Below, piece after piece: positions 39,103 through 42,727 of a stretch of DNA of 42,727 nucleotides. The stretch is from Octopus bimaculoides (taxonomy: Eukaryota): the NCBI RefSeq assembly GCF_001194135.2, contig NC_068993.1, positions 58,717,411 to 58,760,137 of the forward strand, written 5' to 3'. Position numbers and translations under genes: made by a program. Each line of letters opens with the position of its first letter. The stretch's first letter is position 1. Under the pieces are notes generated by a model. The model did no database searches and was not told the DNA's origin. It was given only the letters and a program-made list of their open reading frames with translations.

Positions 39103-39707
39103 GGAAGCATTATTATTGAAAGTACAGCAAAGAAATGGTTTTCAGGCTTCACAGAATGGAAATTCGATCTTCGCGTTCCTGTCGATCAATGGAGATCGAT
39201 TGGACGAGCTCATCCAGGATAATCTGCGCCAGTCCATGAAGGAACTGGCCCAGCAGATTGGATCCTTTCATGATACCGTCGTCTGTCACCCCCACTCAAT
39301 AATATATCCACCTGAAACAATTGGCAACAACGTGTGCTTCTTCAACACGATAATGCCCCNNNNNNNNNNCTAATTTAATCAAAAAATGCAGTTCACAAGT
39401 TTAATTGCTAATTTCTACCACACCAACCTTATTTTCCTGATTTAATGCCATTTAGAATATTACCTTCTTTGAACGCTCCTCAACAGTCTGTGAAGAGTTT
39501 CGTTTAACAGCAGCGTGCAGCTGAAAACATGGTATGATGAATTCTTCGAGTCAAGACCCGATTATTTCTATTGCCATGACATCGACAAGCTAGTGGAACT
39601 TTGGCAAGAATTCGTGAACAAGGAAGGAAAATATATCATTGACTGATCTGTTAAAATTGTTGATTAAAATAAATGGAAAAAAAGACAAATTTATCTGACA
39701 GCCCAAT
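39103..39707 (+). mobile_element. Mariner transposase remnant with right terminal inverted repeat
   Basis: N-terminal KWFSGF..FDL..DRLDELIQDNLRQSMKELAQQIG (HTH); C-terminal HQPYFPDL (YSPDL motif, 39421-39444)..FFESRPDYFYCHDIDKLVELWQEFVNKEGKYIID*; end ..CTGACAGCCCAAT resembles mariner TIR ends. Internal part lost or in the gap. Confidence 0.85.
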
Positions 39708-39892
39708 CGCATTATGTGAAATATAGCATTTTTATTCAATGAAGCATTATTTTAAATATTATACTGATATGCAATGTAGAATTTATATGTATTGTATGTA
39801 ATATAATTTGGCATTATATGTAATGTAGCGTTGTTATGCATTCTAACGTTATACACATTGATTATAGTAAAATATATATTGTAGCAATATAT

Positions 39893-40098
39893 GAGCGTGT
39901 GTTAGCACGCCGGACGAAATGTTTAGCGGTATTTCGTCTGTCTTTACGTTCTGAGTTGAAATTCCGCCGAGGTCGACTTTGCCTCTCATCCTTTCTGGGT
40001 CGATAAATTAAGTACCATTTGCATACTGGGGTCGATCTAATCGAATGGCCCCCACCTCTCCCCGAAAATCTCGGGCATTGTGCCTGGAGTAGAAAAGA
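39893..40098 (+). mobile_element. SINE family A, nearly full length
   Basis: GTTAGCACGCCGGACGAAATG..GAGTTGAAATTCCGCCGAGGTCGACTTTGCC..TTGTGCCTGGAGTAGAAAAG. Confidence 0.9.
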
Positions 40099-41277
40099 AT
40101 GTGTGTGTGTGTGTGTGTGTGTGTGTNNNNNNNNNNNNNNNNNNNNNNNNNNNNNNNNNNNNNNNNNNNNNNNNNNNNNNNNNNNNNNNNNNNNNNNNNN
40201 NNNNNNNNNNNNNNNNNNNNNNNNNNNNNNNNNNNNNNNNNNNNNNNNNNNNNNNNNNNNNNNNNNNNNNNNNNNNNNNNNNNNNNNNNNNNNNNNNNNN
40301 NNNNNNNNNNNNNNNNNNNNNNNNNNNNNNNNNNNNNNNNNNNNNNNNNNNNNNNNNNNNNNNNNNNNNNNNNNNNNNNNNNNNNNNNNNNNNNNNNNNN
40401 NNNNNNNNNNNNNNNNNNNNNNNNNNNNNNNNNNNNNNNNNNNNNNNNNNNNNNNNNNNNNNNNNNNNNNNNNNNNNNNNNNNNNNNNNNNNNNNNNNNN
40501 NNNNNNNNNNNNNNNNNNNNNNNNNNNNNNNNNNNNNNNNNNNNNNNNNNNNNNNNNNNNNNNNNNNNNNNNNNNNNNNNNNNNNNNNNNNNNNNNNNNN
40601 NNNNNNNNNNNNNNNNNNNNNNNNNNNNNNNNNNNNNNNNNNNNNNNNNNNNNNNNNNNNNNNNNNNNNNNNNNNNNNNNNNNNNNNNNNNNNNNNNNNN
40701 NNNNNNNNNNNNNNNNNNNNNNNNNNNNNNNNNNNNNNNNNNNNNNNNNNNNNNNNNNNNNNNNNNNNNNNNNNNNNNNNNNNNGGGTGGGTGTGTTTTC
40801 TCATGAGTCTGTATTTGTGTATGTATTTATCATGTATAATTGATATTTCATGTATTATATCTCATTCTGCTGTCACCGTTCTCAGAACTGGTCGAAATAT
40901 TGCCACGTATGAATTTATATCTTCTGATTTGCTGAAAGTTTCTCTTCCAAATCTTTGCTGAGGTGAAGCTTTTCTGTCCGCCAGTCCGTCTAATCTTGCT
41001 GTTTATTTATTGACATCCAATGAAATATATTTACTCAGCAGTTTCTTTCCTAGACTTGTTGACGGTATTCCTGTCAAGCATAAAGCCCTGCTCCATTAGT
41101 GCACTTAGCGAATAGGCCCATATTATCTATCATACTACCGCATACAGTGAGGTAGAGACAATCTATTTCCCCGTTGGATTCAACAGTTTGCAGAAGTAGT
41201 CCATAATACTTCATATATGTAATTGCCATGCAATGAAAAAAAACACTTGTGTATTAATAATTGGGTANNNNNNNNNN

Positions 41278-41352
41278 TTTTTCAGTTTCCGTCTACCAAA
41301 ATCCACTCACAAGGCTCTGATTGAGAAACAAGTTTCTTACCACACAGCCACA
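41278..41352 (-). mobile_element. Internally deleted SINE family B
   Basis: Head TGGCTGTGTGGTAAGAAACTTGTTTCTCAA is joined directly to AGCCTTGTGAGTGGATTTTGGTAGACGGAAACTG. Confidence 0.7.
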
Positions 41353-41600
41353 ACGGCAGCGGATCTGATGAATTACATCAGTTAGTGGTATCAATATTAT
41401 AACACGACAAGTCCATTGTGTGCTATTGATTTATTGGTCGTAGAGAAACGCTGGTTACTACACTCGCTTCGTTGTTCTGGTGTAGTATTTACTGTTTACG
41501 TTCAATCTGACATTAGCATCATCGTCGAATTCATGTTACATGAAAAATCTTTCATCAACAAACATTGGATGAATTGTTATGCCATTAATAGTTGATACCA

Positions 41601-42660
41601 AGGGACCGCGAGCTGGCAGAATCGTTACTGTGTCGGAGAAAAAAGGCTCAGCGGTTTTACTTCCGAATCTTTACGTTTTGAGTTCAAATTCCACTCAGGT
41701 CCGTTTCGTTTTTCATCTTTTCGGGGTCCTTGAAATAAGTACCGGTCAAGTAATCGACTGACCCCATTCATTCAAAACTGCTACCTTTGTGCCCAGACTA
41801 TTTAAGCGTTACACCAAGGGACGGTGAACTGACAGAACTCTTACCATACCGGATAAAATGCTAAACGACATTTCTGCCGACTTTTTACGTTCTGAGTTCC
41901 AATATCGCCGAAGCTGGCTTTACATTTCAGGGTCGATATAATGCGTTAGAAACAATGTAATCGACTTCCCCTCCCTTCAAATTTTGAAACAATCAATAGT
42001 CATACCAGCCATCAAATTAATTCGTTAATACTTGGTGTTTCACAACCTTTAGTGGTTTTCGGTCATTCTTTCCCTATGGACCCTTTTAACCCCTAATTTA
42101 CTCAGGTGGACGGACACTCATAGTCATCCTTTCGGGAGTCGATGAAATAAGGACCAGTTAAACACTGAGGTCGATGCAATCGACTTAACTCACTCATCCG
42201 AAATGGCTGGCCTTGTGCTAATATTTGAAACCAATGTTTAGTTTGTGATTAAAGGCGGCGAGCTGGCAGAATCGCGAACGCACCGGACAAAATGCTTAGC
42301 AACACATCGTCCGTCTTTACGTTCAAATGGCACCGAGGTCAACTTTGCCTTTCGTCCTGTCGGAGATCGATGAAATAAGTACTAGTTGAGCACTGAGGTT
42401 GGAGTAATCGACTAGGCCCCTTTTCCAAAATTTCAGGCCTTGTGCTTTTAGCAGAAAGGAATATTTATTTTGTGATTTAGGGCGGCGAGCTGACCGAATC
42501 GTTAGCACGCCGGGGAAAATGTTTAGCGGTATTACTTCCTGTTTTGCGCTTTGAGTTTCAATTCCGCTGCAGTCGAAAAAATACTAGAAGAACCCTGAAG
42601 TCGAAGTAATCGACTTAGCCACTCCCTCGAAATTGCTGGTACCAAAATTTGAAACCAGTA
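41601..42660 (+). mobile_element. Cluster of five diverged head-to-tail SINE family A copies
   Basis: Copies start at about 41601, 41817, 42120 (3' half only), 42251 and 42479, all on the + strand. Confidence 0.8.
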
Positions 42661-42727
42661 TCTAACTTCTAGCTTGGGAAAAAGATAATTTTTTTTAGTT
42701 GCTGTGAAGTAAGAAGCTTGCTTCCCA

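Noticed and set aside
40850-41260. Unique-looking segment with coding-like composition
   Set aside because: Stops in every frame I read and no recognisable motif; left unassigned.

Overview
Repeat-saturated, gap-riddled eukaryotic scaffold. There are 12 N-gaps and very dense di-, tri- and tetranucleotide microsatellites. The SINE families look like those I associate with octopus genomes; this is an inference, not checked. I found no intact host gene, rRNA, bona fide tRNA or CRISPR array. Nearly all long six-frame ORFs are artefacts of microsatellites or N-runs. What can be supported is a set of decayed mobile elements: (i) nine fragments of restriction-like-endonuclease (RLE) non-LTR retrotransposons of the R4/Dong type, from several subfamilies, most abutting (TAA)n or (CATA)n arrays; (ii) a decayed Penelope-like RT (YRDDGL) interrupted by a foldback/MITE-like insertion; (iii) an APE-type Jockey/I/CR1-group fragment and an RTE-like RT fragment (YADD); (iv) a mariner transposase remnant with its right end; (v) more than 20 copies or fragments of three tRNA-derived SINE families. 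The best candidate for a 'system' is a microsatellite-targeted retroelement ecology. R4/Dong-like LINEs and one SINE family repeatedly sit in the same (TAA)n arrays with opposite polarity, and one RLE family carries a (CATA)n tail and flank instead. Other points worth checking are a near-perfect 30-bp hairpin with a single A-C mismatch, nested inverted repeats, a permuted SINE, a head-to-tail SINE array, and a low-confidence chain of phase-2 minus-strand exons. Boundaries of decayed elements are approximate and percent identities are hand counts.
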